Source: Escherichia coli (lineage in GTDB: Bacteria; Pseudomonadota; Gammaproteobacteria; Enterobacterales; Enterobacteriaceae). Taken from it: a DNA stretch of 64,000 nucleotides. Position numbers and translations under genes: made by a program. The stretch is taken from NCBI RefSeq assembly GCF_024502345.1, contig NZ_JALDNN010000003.1; one strand, 5' to 3'. The notes beneath the pieces are model-generated. The model searched no databases. It saw nothing but the letters and a program-made list of their open reading frames with translations, and was not told the origin of the DNA. Shown piece after piece: positions 43,209 to 53,397 of the stretch. The first letter of the stretch is position 1. The number at the start of each line of letters is the position of its first letter.

Positions 43209-44117
43209 ATGAATATCAAACAGCCCCAATACATCCGTTCCGCACTTGCCCTGGCGGTCTGCATCGGACTGAGTGGACCGGTTTTGGCCCAATCGGCGGC
43301 AAGTCCAAGCGCTGCAGCGCCCTCTGTCGCACCCAAGGCGGCGCAGCCACAAGTAGACGACAAGGCCGCCCAGGAAGCCGAAAAAAAGCGTTCCGAGCTC
43401 ACTCAGGACGCCATCACGGCGCTCACCAAGACCCAGGAGGCTTTGACCCTCCTTGATGCAAATAAGACCAAGGAGGCGCTCGCTGCGCTGGAACTGGCCA
43501 CCGGAAAGCTGGAACTGGTATTGGCACGCGACGCCAAACTTGCTTTGGCGCCGGTCGATGTACGCGTCATCACCCATGATATCCACGCCAACGTGGAATC
43601 GGTAAAGAAAGCGGTCAAGTTGTCTCGGGAGTTGTTGGGTGATGGCGAGGTGCAAAAGGCCCGGCCCATCGTTGCCAATCTGGCCAGCGAAATCGTGATC
43701 GAAACCGACAACCTGCCCATGGCAACGTACCCGGCAGCGATCAAGTCGGCTGCACGGCTCGTCGACAGCGGCAAGATCGACGAAGCCAAAGCAGAGCTCG
43801 CCCGAGCACTGAACACGCTGGTGGTCACCCAAGTTGTACTCCCTCTGCCCGTGCTACGGGCCGAAGCCGCGATAGCAAAAGCTGAAAAGCTGGCCGAGAC
43901 TGACAAGCGCGATGCCAAGCAGAACGAGGAGCTCAGCACCTTGCTGTCGTCCGTGCGCACGGAGATCGAGCTGGCGCAAATCCTGGGTTATGGCAAGAAG
44001 GAGGACTTCAAACCCATCTTCGATCAGGTGAAGTCCATTGAGCAAAAGTCGGCTGGTGGCAAAAGCGGCAATGGATGGTTCGACGAGTTGAAGACGCGCA
44101 TCCAAAAGCTGTTTTGA
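43209..44117 (+). CDS. yfdX: YfdX-family periplasmic protein (copy 1)
   Basis: Signal peptide; paralogous to the next ORF (shared blocks LALAPVDVR..I.HD, LASEIVI, IDEAKA/IEEAKA, VLPLPVLRA, ILGYGKKEDF/LLGYGKRKDF); arrangement matches the yfdX1-yfdX2 pair of LHR-type loci. Confidence 0.7.
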   Translation: MNIKQPQYIRSALALAVCIGLSGPVLAQSAASPSAAAPSVAPKAAQPQVDDKAAQEAEKKRSELTQDAITALTKTQEALTLLDANKTKEALAALELATGKLELVLARDAKLALAPVDVRVITHDIHANVESVKKAVKLSRELLGDGEVQKARPIVANLASEIVIETDNLPMATYPAAIKSAARLVDSGKIDEAKAELARALNTLVVTQVVLPLPVLRAEAAIAKAEKLAETDKRDAKQNEELSTLLSSVRTEIELAQILGYGKKEDFKPIFDQVKSIEQKSAGGKSGNGWFDELKTRIQKLF

Positions 44118-44219
44118 GGTGATGAAGGGGCCGACTGCTCCATCGGTCAGTCTCGCGATATTCGCAGTCGGCCCCAATAGATTCCCCTATTTTCACTATC
44201 TCATACGAGGCATATCACC

Positions 44220-45107
44220 ATGAATGAGCAAACATCGAATCCCAACGCGATCAACGAAGGCACGAACGAACAGGCCGCGGTAAGCAGCCTTCCTGCCAGA
44301 CCAGAGCCCAAGCCTGAAGTCGTCACGGAGGTACAGCCTGAGGTTCAGAAGGAAACGGACTCGCAGGCGGCAGACAAACGTAAACAAGTCCTCGATGAGG
44401 CCGTCTCGGCCTTGGCGCTGACCAAATCAGCGCTGGCGGCCCTGGACGAAAAAGAATCCGCGCGAGCACTGGCAACGCTGGCCGAAGTGACGGGAAAGCT
44501 GGAGCTGATCGTTGCACGCGAACCCACGCTCGCCCTGGCCCCCGTTGATGTGCGCACCATCGTGCACGACTTGTTCGCCAACACGGAAACCATTGAGGCG
44601 ATGACCGACGAGGCGCTGGATGCCCTCAAACATGGCGAGGTGCAACAGGCTCGCCACGTGCTGGCTTTGCTGGCCAGTGAAATCGTGATCACGGTCACCA
44701 ACATCCCTCTGGCGTCCTATCCCGCAGCCGTGAAGGCAGTCGTGCCGCTGATCGATCAGGGCAAGATCGAAGAAGCCAAAGCCGCGCTGCAGTCAGCGCT
44801 CAGCACGCTGGTCGAGGAGCGCAGCGTGCTTCCGCTGCCCGTCCTGCGTGCGAAGCTGCTCCTGAAGCGCGCCGAGCCTCTGGTAGAAGATGGTCAGCGC
44901 AGCGAAGCATCCAATGAGCGCCTGGAGACATTGTTGAACGAAGCCCGGCAGCAGTTGGAAATGGCAGAACTGCTGGGCTATGGAAAAAGGAAGGACTTTG
45001 AGCCCCTGTACGCTGAACTCAAGAAAATCAAGGAAAAGACGGGAGGGGGAGGCTTCGGAAAAGGCTGGCTCGATGAAGTCAAGGCAAAACTGTCCAGGTT
45101 GTTCTGA
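44220..45107 (+). CDS. yfdX: YfdX-family protein (copy 2)
   Basis: Paralogue of 43209..44117 with the same conserved blocks. Confidence 0.7.
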   Translation: MNEQTSNPNAINEGTNEQAAVSSLPARPEPKPEVVTEVQPEVQKETDSQAADKRKQVLDEAVSALALTKSALAALDEKESARALATLAEVTGKLELIVAREPTLALAPVDVRTIVHDLFANTETIEAMTDEALDALKHGEVQQARHVLALLASEIVITVTNIPLASYPAAVKAVVPLIDQGKIEEAKAALQSALSTLVEERSVLPLPVLRAKLLLKRAEPLVEDGQRSEASNERLETLLNEARQQLEMAELLGYGKRKDFEPLYAELKKIKEKTGGGGFGKGWLDEVKAKLSRLF

Positions 45108-45196
45108 AACCGCTGGAGAGGGGGCGCATAGTGCCCCCTCTCTTGTCCCATGAGTGTTTGATTTTTTATTTTGTATAGATCTTTAGGAGATATTGC

Positions 45197-45808
45197 ATGA
45201 ACACAGACACCATCACCGATTCCAGTGCGGATGACCCCACCAAAGCACTGTGTTCGCTTAGCCAAAATTGGTGGCTTTTTGTGCTGCGCGGTGTCTTGGC
45301 ATTGATTTTTGCAGCCCTCGCGTTCTGGATGCCACAATCGGCTCTGTTGGCCATGACCATCATGTTCGGCGCATTTTCCTTGGTCAATGGCGCGTTCAAC
45401 TTGTTTGCAGCGGTGCGCCATATCCAGAAAAAAGAGCGCTGGGGCTGGTTGTTGTTCAGCGGCATTGTCGGCATACTTACGGGCGTCGTCGTCCTGGTTG
45501 CTCCTTGGGTCGCCACGATAGTCCTGGCTTCTTTTTTATGGGCTAGCGTGGGCTTCTGGGCGATTTTCACCGGTGTGCTGGAGATATCTGCCGCCGTTCG
45601 GCTGCGTCGGGAAATCAAGGGTGAAATCTGGCTTGCCCTCAGTGGACTGCTCTCGATTATCCTTGGTGCTATCGTCTTGTGGATATTTTTTACCCGCCCG
45701 GTCGAGTCATTCGTGGCCGCAGGCTGGCTGTTGGGTTTCCATGCGGCAGTCTATGGCGTCACGCTTTTGTTCTTGAGTTGGAGTCTTCGCAAAACGCGCC
45801 AGGGGTAA
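45197..45808 (+). CDS. hdeD: HdeD-family acid-resistance membrane protein
   Basis: 203 aa, multi-TM (WWLFVLRGVLALIFAALAFWMP..., GWLLFSGIVGILTGVVVLVAPW...); position after yfdX as in LHR-type loci. Confidence 0.7.
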   Translation: MNTDTITDSSADDPTKALCSLSQNWWLFVLRGVLALIFAALAFWMPQSALLAMTIMFGAFSLVNGAFNLFAAVRHIQKKERWGWLLFSGIVGILTGVVVLVAPWVATIVLASFLWASVGFWAIFTGVLEISAAVRLRREIKGEIWLALSGLLSIILGAIVLWIFFTRPVESFVAAGWLLGFHAAVYGVTLLFLSWSLRKTRQG

Positions 45809-45887
45809 GAGCGTGCCAAACCAAAATCTATGGATATGAGCATCCTCGATTCATGCCTCCATAGAAATGACATCGAAGGAGTCATAC

Positions 45888-46562
45888 ATGCAGATACAAT
45901 ATAGCTATCGAGCTATCGACAAAGAGTTTCATGAACCTTGGCAGAGAGCTTTGGGAAATGTGATCGAGCACGCCCTCAAGCCATTGCTCGACAAACACAC
46001 TAAAGATTCAGCGCGACTTCAAATCGTCCTTGATCGCGACAAGATCAAGCGGCAATTTCTGGCCAGTGGCTATATGCACCTGCCCGGCAAAAAGATTGTC
46101 AGTGTTACTGCATCACATGACGAGCTGACGCCCCTCGCGCAGATGCTCGCAAAGTCGTTGTTCCGTCAGGCCAAGAAGCATTTTGACCGACTGCATGCTC
46201 AGGATCAAATCAAGCGCAAAGCACGACGCGAGCGCTTGCGCGAGCTCAAGGTGCGGATTGCCGCAAAACCCGCATCAGCCGCCCATGAGGCCGAGGTGAT
46301 CCGAATGCCTCTACTGTCGAAACTTGAGGCTGTCGCAAGGCGTGAGCTGGCTTATCTGCGGGCCGTCGGCGATTTACCGCGCGATTATCCGACGCTGCGC
46401 GACGTGGTGGATGAAGCGATTGTCCAAGCTGAGGTGGAATGGCAATCCGTGCCGGAAGAAAAAGCGGTTCGGTATAAGACATGGGGGCAGCACCGTACCG
46501 GAAAGGTCAGGTGTTGCACTCAGTTTTTGCCGCCGCCAAGCATCAACCAGATAATCCGATGA
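45888..46562 (+). CDS. hypothetical protein (224 aa)
   Basis: ATG at 45888 with AAGGAG 6 nt upstream (track ORF begins 21 nt earlier); no recognised domain. Confidence 0.5.
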   Translation: MQIQYSYRAIDKEFHEPWQRALGNVIEHALKPLLDKHTKDSARLQIVLDRDKIKRQFLASGYMHLPGKKIVSVTASHDELTPLAQMLAKSLFRQAKKHFDRLHAQDQIKRKARRERLRELKVRIAAKPASAAHEAEVIRMPLLSKLEAVARRELAYLRAVGDLPRDYPTLRDVVDEAIVQAEVEWQSVPEEKAVRYKTWGQHRTGKVRCCTQFLPPPSINQIIR

Positions 46563-46645
46563 GATGCCGGTCTGTCTCACTCTCATGCAAAGGTAAGATC
46601 AACCATTTAATCCGCTTACCCCAGAATAATAGGGAGTGCATATAA

Positions 46646-47557
46646 ATGCATTTTTTGAATTTGCAGGTCACACAGGCAGAGCTCCTATCCGGCCTTATTT
46701 CCGTTTCCCAAACAGTTGCACAGATTGTGCTCGTCATGACCGTGGCGTGGCTCGTGTCCGCAGTGCTTTCGCGGGCCATCACACGCATCAGCAAAAGAAC
46801 CCGCACTTCCAAGAGATCTGCAGATGAGGTCAAACGCATTGAAACATCTCTTCGTCTGATCCGTTTCGTCAGTCGGCTGGTCGTGTGGGCCTTGGCCGTG
46901 ACCATTTCCCTCTCAATCCTTGGCATTTCTGTGGCACCGATCCTGACGACTGCGGGGGTAAGCGGCATCGCAGTGGGGTTTGCTGCGCAGAGCCTGATAA
47001 AAGACTATTTTTCGGGTTTGGTCTTGTTGCTGGAAGGGCAACTCCGCATCGGGGATATCGTGGATATTGGCGGTGTGGCAGGCCAAGTCGAAGAGATGAC
47101 GTTGCGCTATGTGCGCCTGCGTCAACTCAATGGTGACGTGGTCTATGTGCCCAACGGAGCCATCACCAATCTGACAAATAAGACAACGGACTATTCGATG
47201 GCCGTAATCGATGTCGGTGTCGCCTATCGCGAAAACCTTCAGGAGGCATTGAACGTTATGGAGAGTGTCGCCCGTGAGCTAGCTTCGGAAACAACCTGGT
47301 CAACGAGAATATTAGCCGAGCCAGAGGTCTTTGGGGTCGAAACGTTGGGTGACTCTTCGGTTATCCTGCGTCTTCGCCTCAAGGTCTTGCCAGGTGAGCA
47401 ATGGTCAATCCGGCGCGAATATCTGCACAGGATAAAACAGCGCTTCGACGAACTTGGCATCGAAATCCCTTATCCGCATCTGACGCTTTATGCCGGCCAG
47501 GACAAGGATGGAAAAGCCCCTGCCTTTCGGATCGAAGCTCCGGCTGGTGCCCAATGA
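46646..47557 (+). CDS. MscS-family small-conductance mechanosensitive channel
   Basis: 303 aa; TM helices followed by the MscS-type block GDIVDIGGVAGQVEEMTLRYVRLRQLNGDVVYVPNGAI; stop lies 11 bp before IS26. Confidence 0.7.
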   Translation: MHFLNLQVTQAELLSGLISVSQTVAQIVLVMTVAWLVSAVLSRAITRISKRTRTSKRSADEVKRIETSLRLIRFVSRLVVWALAVTISLSILGISVAPILTTAGVSGIAVGFAAQSLIKDYFSGLVLLLEGQLRIGDIVDIGGVAGQVEEMTLRYVRLRQLNGDVVYVPNGAITNLTNKTTDYSMAVIDVGVAYRENLQEALNVMESVARELASETTWSTRILAEPEVFGVETLGDSSVILRLRLKVLPGEQWSIRREYLHRIKQRFDELGIEIPYPHLTLYAGQDKDGKAPAFRIEAPAGAQ

Positions 47558-47568
47558 CACGGCCAAAA

Positions 47569-48388
47569 GGCACTGTTGCAAATAGTCGGTGGTGATAAAC
47601 TTATCATCCCCTTTTGCTGATGGAGCTGCACATGAACCCATTCAAAGGCCGGCATTTTCAGCGTGACATCATTCTGTGGGCCGTACGCTGGTACTGCAAA
47701 TACGGCATCAGTTACCGTGAGCTGCAGGAGATGCTGGCTGAACGCGGAGTGAATGTCGATCACTCCACGATTTACCGCTGGGTTCAGCGTTATGCGCCTG
47801 AAATGGAAAAACGGCTGCGCTGGTACTGGCGTAACCCTTCCGATCTTTGCCCGTGGCACATGGATGAAACCTACGTGAAGGTCAATGGCCGCTGGGCGTA
47901 TCTGTACCGGGCCGTCGACAGCCGGGGCCGCACTGTCGATTTTTATCTCTCCTCCCGTCGTAACAGCAAAGCTGCATACCGGTTTCTGGGTAAAATCCTC
48001 AACAACGTGAAGAAGTGGCAGATCCCGCGATTCATCAACACGGATAAAGCGCCCGCCTATGGTCGCGCGCTTGCTCTGCTCAAACGCGAAGGCCGGTGCC
48101 CGTCTGACGTTGAACACCGACAGATTAAGTACCGGAACAACGTGATTGAATGCGATCATGGCAAACTGAAACGGATAATCGGCGCCACGCTGGGATTTAA
48201 ATCCATGAAGACGGCTTACGCCACCATCAAAGGTATTGAGGTGATGCGTGCACTACGCAAAGGCCAGGCCTCAGCATTTTATTATGGTGATCCCCTGGGC
48301 GAAATGCGCCTGGTAAGCAGAGTTTTTGAAATGTAAGGCCTTTGAATAAGACAAAAGGCTGCCTCATCGCTAACTTTGCAACAGTGCC
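47569..48388 (+). mobile_element. IS26 copy 2
   Basis: 820 bp with 14-bp IRs GGCACTGTTGCAAA / TTTGCAACAGTGCC; Tnp identical to copy 3 in translation. Confidence 0.95.
47632..48336 (+). CDS. tnpA: IS26 transposase Tnp26
   Basis: 234-aa IS6-family transposase beginning MNPFKGRHFQRDIILWAV. Confidence 0.95.
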   Translation: MNPFKGRHFQRDIILWAVRWYCKYGISYRELQEMLAERGVNVDHSTIYRWVQRYAPEMEKRLRWYWRNPSDLCPWHMDETYVKVNGRWAYLYRAVDSRGRTVDFYLSSRRNSKAAYRFLGKILNNVKKWQIPRFINTDKAPAYGRALALLKREGRCPSDVEHRQIKYRNNVIECDHGKLKRIIGATLGFKSMKTAYATIKGIEVMRALRKGQASAFYYGDPLGEMRLVSRVFEM

Positions 48389-48709
48389 GAAGAAACAACC
48401 GCGTACTGGATGATTACCCCACCAAAAGGGAAAATATTAGGCGTTGTCAAAGGGAAACCTGCGTGGGTTGATATTCCTCCGCCAACACAGGAAGAGCTGA
48501 TCCAGGTCGCTGAGCGTGAGAAAAAGCGACTAATTAATGTGGCTAACGACTTCATTAATAGTAAACAATGGCCTGGTAAAGCGGCAATCAAACGACTGAA
48601 AGACAATGAACTGGTGCAATACAATCTGTGGCTTGATTATCTTGATTACCTTGAATCAACAGACGCATCAACAGCACCTGATATTGACTGGCCTGAGATG
48701 CCAATATAG
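48389..48709 (+). pseudogene. phage tail-fibre assembly protein (Tfa) C-terminal fragment, 5' end removed by IS26
   Basis: C-terminal ...LWLDYLDYLESTDASTAPDIDWPEMPI matches the conserved Tfa C-terminus (..VDTSTAPDIEWP..) recalled from memory; reading frame abuts the IS26 end. Confidence 0.6.
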
Positions 48710-48819
48710 GAACCTTTTGTGGATTGAGATTTTTAATGTCAGCGAAGCTCTTCGTCAAAAGTGAAACTCTGATAACCTGGTTCTACTGACGAACAGAAGG
48801 ATAAGCAGGAGATCGCTTT

Positions 48820-49380
48820 ATGATTATTGGGTATGCACGAGTATCAAGTAACCATCAGGACACCGAGCTTCAGATGCAGGCGCTCAGAGCTGCTGGCTGT
48901 AAGTTAATTTTTGAGGAAAAGGCTTCTGGCCGTAAGACGAACCGACCAATTTTGAAGAAAGTGGTTGAGATGCTTGAACCCGGTGACGAGCTGGTCATCT
49001 GGAAGCTGGATCGTATCGGTCGCAATGTGCTGCACGCATTATTGACGTTTCAGAGCCTCGCAGAACGCAATGTTAACATCCGTTCTATTACTGATGGCGT
49101 TGACCTGAGTACCGCCAGTGGGCGCTATAACTTCCGTAATATTCTCTCTGCGGCACAATATGAGTCTGATCTGAATAGTGAACGCACTTTGGCGGGGTTA
49201 GCGGTTGCCCGCGCTAAGGGGAGGATTGGCGGACGTAAGCCTAAGTTCACTAATGAGCACTGGGATGCGTTTGAACGGGAAATTAAGTCCGGCTGCTCAC
49301 ATCGTGATATAGCTCTCAAATATGGAGTCGGCCTGTCGACTCTCTACAAACGTTATCCGGCTCAGCAAGAGCATCAGTAA
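48820..49380 (+). CDS. serine recombinase, DNA invertase family (Gin/Hin/Pin-like)
   Basis: 186 aa; MIIGYARVSSNHQDTELQ ... GRIGGRKPKF ... LSTLYKRYPA parallels Mu Gin (MLIGYVRVSTNDQNTDLQ ... GRIGGRPPKL ... LSTLYKKHPA). Confidence 0.85.
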   Translation: MIIGYARVSSNHQDTELQMQALRAAGCKLIFEEKASGRKTNRPILKKVVEMLEPGDELVIWKLDRIGRNVLHALLTFQSLAERNVNIRSITDGVDLSTASGRYNFRNILSAAQYESDLNSERTLAGLAVARAKGRIGGRKPKFTNEHWDAFEREIKSGCSHRDIALKYGVGLSTLYKRYPAQQEHQ

Positions 49381-49389
49381 ACACTCTTT

Positions 49390-49500
49390 GCGTTCATTTT
49401 TGCACTGTGCAGAATGTGTCTTTTTGGCACCTTCCGACAGTGCAAAATTTATCGCGTTTTTGTGCAAAAAAAATCGCCGCGCTACAAAACGTGTGCTATA
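49390..49500. repeat. cluster of TTTTGCAC-containing repeats in both orientations (possible Mu-like transposable-phage end sites)
   Basis: TCATTTTTGCACTGTGCAG, CGACAGTGCAAAATTT and GTTTTTGTGCAAAAAAAATCGC lie just downstream of the invertase gene; related motif recurs near 52410-52475; coordinates approximate. Confidence 0.35.
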
Positions 49501-49622
49501 CTTGTGCTCATGCGGTTGGATTTCCTATCCCCCCGACCCGCGCTGCGGCGGGCCGAAAAATCCCAGGGATGGGTTTTTTCGGTGTTTTCCTCGTTGGCAC
49601 ATTCAAGAGTAAGGAGCGTTCC

Positions 49623-50231
49623 ATGAAGCTGTATTACACCCCCGGCGCCTGTTCCATGGCCCCGCACATCGCCCTGCGCGAAGCCGGCCTGAAATTCGAC
49701 CTGGAAAAGGTCGACCTGATGACCAAGAAAACCGAATCGGGCGCCGACTTCACCGCCATCAATCCCAAAGGCTACGTGCCGGCGCTGCAGCTCGACAACG
49801 GCCAGGTGCTGACCGAGGTCGGCGTGGTGCTGCAATACATCGCCGACCAGAAGCCGGGCAGCGGACTGGCCCCGGCCGCCGGCACGCTCGAGCGCTACCG
49901 CCTGATGGAGATGCTGAATTTCATCTCCACCGAGCTGCACAAGAACTTCGGTCCGCTGTTCAACCCGGCGGCCGGCGACGACGCCAAGAAAGCAGCCATC
50001 GAGATGATCGGCAAGCGCCTTGGCTACCTCGACCAGCAGCTGGCCGGCAAGCAGTATCTGCTCGGTGACACCTTCACGGTGGCCGACTGCTACCTCGCCA
50101 CCATGCTCGGCTGGTGCCAGTACGCCAAGCTCGACCTGTCGGCCTGGCCGAACATCGGCGCTTACGCCGGCCGCGTGATGAGCCGCCCGGCGGTGATCGA
50201 GACGATGAAGGCCGAAGGCCTGATGGGCTGA
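49623..50231 (+). CDS. glutathione S-transferase
   Basis: ATG at 49623 with AAGGAG upstream; 202 aa; GST N- and C-terminal domain blocks (MKLYYTPGACSMAPHIALREAGL..., DTFTVADCYLATML); high GC. Confidence 0.8.
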   Translation: MKLYYTPGACSMAPHIALREAGLKFDLEKVDLMTKKTESGADFTAINPKGYVPALQLDNGQVLTEVGVVLQYIADQKPGSGLAPAAGTLERYRLMEMLNFISTELHKNFGPLFNPAAGDDAKKAAIEMIGKRLGYLDQQLAGKQYLLGDTFTVADCYLATMLGWCQYAKLDLSAWPNIGAYAGRVMSRPAVIETMKAEGLMG

Positions 50232-50314
50232 GGGCCACCTGCCGATGCGGCGCGGGTCACGCCCGCGCCGCACGGCGTCAATCCATACCCCCCATCGATT
50301 CCCCAGGAGCCCCC

Positions 50315-51106
50315 ATGCTCGTCGAACGCATCTGGACCGGTAATTCGTACCGCAACTTCAACTACCTGATCGCCTGCCCCGAGACCGGCGAAGCGCTGGC
50401 GATCGATCCGCTGGACCATGAAAAAACCCTGAACACGGCCAGGGTCAAGGGCTGGCAGATCACGCAGATCCTCAACACGCACGAGCACCACGACCACACC
50501 GGCGGCAACGCGGCCGTGGTGGCGGCCACCGGCGCCAAGGTGATCGCGCACCACAAGGCCGCGGGCAAGATCGAAGGCATGGACCGCGGCGTGAAGGCCG
50601 GGGACGTGATCAAGGTCGGCCGGCACATCGAACTGGAATGCCTGGACACGCCCGGCCACACGATGTGCCACATCTGCCTGCGCTCGCACACCGACGAGCC
50701 GGCGCTGTTCTCCGGCGACACGCTGTTCAACGCGGGCGCGGGCAACGTGCACTACGGCGGCAGCGTGGACGAGCTCTACACCACCTTCGTGCAGCAGCTC
50801 GCGAAGCTGCCGGAGAACACCCGCGTCTACCCGGGGCACGACTACATCGAGAACAACCTGCGCTTCACGCTCGCGCGCGAGCCCGGCAACGCGGCCGCGC
50901 AGGCATTGCTGCCGCGGGTGACCGGGCATGACCCGGCCACTTCGGTGGTCACCACGCTGGCCGAGGAGAAGCGCTTCAACACCTTCTTCCGCCTGGCCAG
51001 CCCCGAGGTGATCGCCAAGCTGCGCGAGAGCTTTCCCGAGCTGCCGGAACAGCCCGACGCGAAGACCGTGTTCACCAAGCTGCGCGAGCTGCGCAACCAG
51101 TGGTGA
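50315..51106 (+). CDS. MBL-fold metallo-hydrolase (hydroxyacylglutathione hydrolase / glyoxalase II-like)
   Basis: ATG at 50315 with CAGGAG upstream; metal-binding motif THEHHDHTGG; ~263 aa; high GC. Confidence 0.75.
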   Translation: MLVERIWTGNSYRNFNYLIACPETGEALAIDPLDHEKTLNTARVKGWQITQILNTHEHHDHTGGNAAVVAATGAKVIAHHKAAGKIEGMDRGVKAGDVIKVGRHIELECLDTPGHTMCHICLRSHTDEPALFSGDTLFNAGAGNVHYGGSVDELYTTFVQQLAKLPENTRVYPGHDYIENNLRFTLAREPGNAAAQALLPRVTGHDPATSVVTTLAEEKRFNTFFRLASPEVIAKLRESFPELPEQPDAKTVFTKLRELRNQW

Positions 51107-51151
51107 GCAGCGGCCGGCGCCGGCCCCTTACTTCAGCGTGAACCGCACGGT

Positions 51152-52165
51152 GTGCACTTCCATGTCTGCGCAGTCGATGGCGTGTTTGAGGAAGTGGCGG
51201 GCGAGGAGGGCGATGCTGCTGATGCAGCTTCTCAAAGCTCACCATCGCGCATCATCTTCCACCCCGCCACCGGCGTGACTGCGGATGCCGTGGGTCAGGT
51301 GCAGGCCAGCTTACGCAAACGCATCCTGCGCGCCTTTGTCGGACGGGGCCTGCTGGAGAGTTTCGAGGCCCAAGAGATGCTGGGCTACAAGCACAGCGGG
51401 TTTTCGGTGGACACCAGCGTGTGCATAGCGGCGCACGACCGCGCCGGGCTGGAGCGGCTGCTGCGCTACTGCGCCCGCCCGCCGTTTGCCATGGAGCGGC
51501 TGCGCAAAGCGGGCAGCGAGCTGGTCTACCGCTGCGCCAAGCAGCACAGCGAGCCCGGCAGCCTGCCTCACAACAAGCGCGGCGTAAAGGCCGATGAGAT
51601 CACCCTCACCCCGCTGGAGCTGATTGAACGTATCGCCAAGCTGGTGCCCCCGCCGCGCACGCACCGCCACCGCTACTTTGGCGTGCTGGCACCGAACTCA
51701 CCCTTGAGGCCTGCCGTCACGGCGCTGGCGCGTGATGCAGCGGTGAAACCGGCGCAGGTGCAAGCCGAGCCAGCCAGCACGGCTGCAGGCGAGGGCGCAC
51801 TTGGGGTAAGAAGCCCACTGCCAACCCAGACCGAGCCCGCCCAGCCGGTGCCACCCAAGCGCCCGGCGCACTATTTGTGGGCGGTGCTGATGGCCCGTAT
51901 CTACGAGGTGTTCCCGCTGCTGTGCCCCATCTGCGGCGGGCAAATGCACATCATCGCCTTCATCACACACAGTGCCGATATCCGCCAAATACTGGAGCAC
52001 ATCGGGGTGGAGACGGAGCCGCCGCACATCACCCCGGCACGCGGGCCGCCACTGTGGGACGAGTGCGACGCGCAAGCCGCAGAGGGCGTGGAGCCAGCCC
52101 CAGACTGGGATGAAGCGACCCAACCGGCCCCGGACTTCGAGGTCGATCAGCGCGTCAGTTGGTAG
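51152..52165 (+). pseudogene. IS91-family (rolling-circle, HUH) transposase, C-terminal fragment
   Basis: No credible N-terminus; retains blocks HFHVCAVDGVF, RYFGVLAPNSPLR and zinc-ribbon-like LCPICGGQMHIIAFIT followed by ILEHIGV..PP, as recalled for IS91-family transposase C-termini. Confidence 0.55.
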
Positions 52166-52399
52166 GGTGGCAACAGCGGTTAACAGTGGTTTTGCCAACG
52201 TTGCGAGGCAGCGCTGCGCCTGTCACCGCCAAAAACGGGTCATACCGAAAAATCTCGGGCAACTGGCTTTGAGAAATCAACCCAGCAGTCCCCTGTGTGC
52301 ATGCCTGAGACGCCCCAAACTGTGGGGAGGTGATCGTTTTTGCATGGGGGAGAGGTCTTGATAAAATGCCGGGAGGGCTTGCGGTAAGCGAGATTGAGA

Positions 52400-52480
52400 G
52401 AAAAACTGAGTTTTGCACTACTAAAAAAGAAATGAGAAAAAATAGCTATTTTTGCGTTTAATTTTGCACTTTTATGAAAG
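52400..52480. repeat. TTTTGCAC-containing direct repeats upstream of the Mu-like c/ner module (possible transposable-phage left-end sites)
   Basis: GAGTTTTGCACTACTAAAAAAGAAA and TAATTTTGCACTTTTATGAAAG about 45 bp apart; same core motif as the 49.4-kb cluster; coordinates approximate. Confidence 0.3.
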
Positions 52481-52582
52481 TCTTTAGATCCGTTTTAAAG
52501 ACCGTTTAAGCATTTATCAATGCCAGGCACTATACCGTATAGTAGGTTGGTATGTAAGAAGTTGGCTCTGACACCATCTAGC

Positions 52583-53215
52583 TTAAACGGCCTTCTTGTC
52601 TTCACTTGTTAGGCCAGATTCGGCTGCCTTCTGATCAAGTTCAGATGACCCTTTTTTCATCTGCTCATGTATTCGAAGTAAGCGCTCTTGTTCTGCTTGT
52701 GGTAGTTCTACCAGTACGCTGAGCGTATCGTTATATTTCGAGAGAAGATCTAGTACACCTCTAACCCCCATCCTTGCATAGATATCGATGAGTTTCTTTT
52801 TCTCATCGTGGTCTAATGCTTCAAAAAACATTGCCCATGTTAGAGATAAAAATTTGTCATCCTTAAGTGGCACTGCTGTAAATGCGAAAGGACTTGAGCC
52901 ATCGGTTAAACCATTCTCTATGATTGGTTGAGCCTGTCCATTGCTGCTATGAGCTTCATCCAACATGTAGACGCCATCCTTACCGGTCGCTAGCCACGCA
53001 AGGCTCACGTTTTCTATCTCTGAAATTTTCACCAGGATTTCCACACTCGGAGTGGCTGAACGTGCGAAGTAGTTGTTCAGCGTCGAGTATGGCAGGTCCC
53101 AATCTAGAGAAACTTTCCTGAGACTTCTCCCTTTGAAAAGAGACTTCATCCTATCGCGAATACTTTCTTTTCCTGATTGAGCAAAAGAAACATTCTCTTT
53201 CTTTACTGTATTCAT
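52583..53215 (-). CDS. Mu-like phage repressor c homologue (HTH)
   Basis: 210 aa; divergent from and adjacent to the ner-like gene as in phage Mu; C-terminus ...DKKAV as in Mu Repc (...KKAV); HTH-like N-terminal region. Confidence 0.55.
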   Translation of the reverse strand: MNTVKKENVSFAQSGKESIRDRMKSLFKGRSLRKVSLDWDLPYSTLNNYFARSATPSVEILVKISEIENVSLAWLATGKDGVYMLDEAHSSNGQAQPIIENGLTDGSSPFAFTAVPLKDDKFLSLTWAMFFEALDHDEKKKLIDIYARMGVRGVLDLLSKYNDTLSVLVELPQAEQERLLRIHEQMKKGSSELDQKAAESGLTSEDKKAV

Positions 53216-53397
53216 TTTCTTTTCCTTTTAACTGGTTGAAATAATTAATTAAAATTGATTTTCTCACCTGAGTTTTCTCACATGAGAAAAGAAAGAGCTT
53301 TATTTGCTTTACTCTTTCTCAAATTGGATCAATACTTATCCCAACGGATAACCCCTGCGGATTATCCGCCCGGTTAACTTTTTAGGGTAATCGAAGT

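Noticed and set aside
50162-50929. 255-aa minus-strand ORF
   Set aside because: Antisense to the MBL-fold hydrolase gene in ~68% GC DNA; the sense strand has the conserved HxHxDH metal motif and an SD-preceded ATG.
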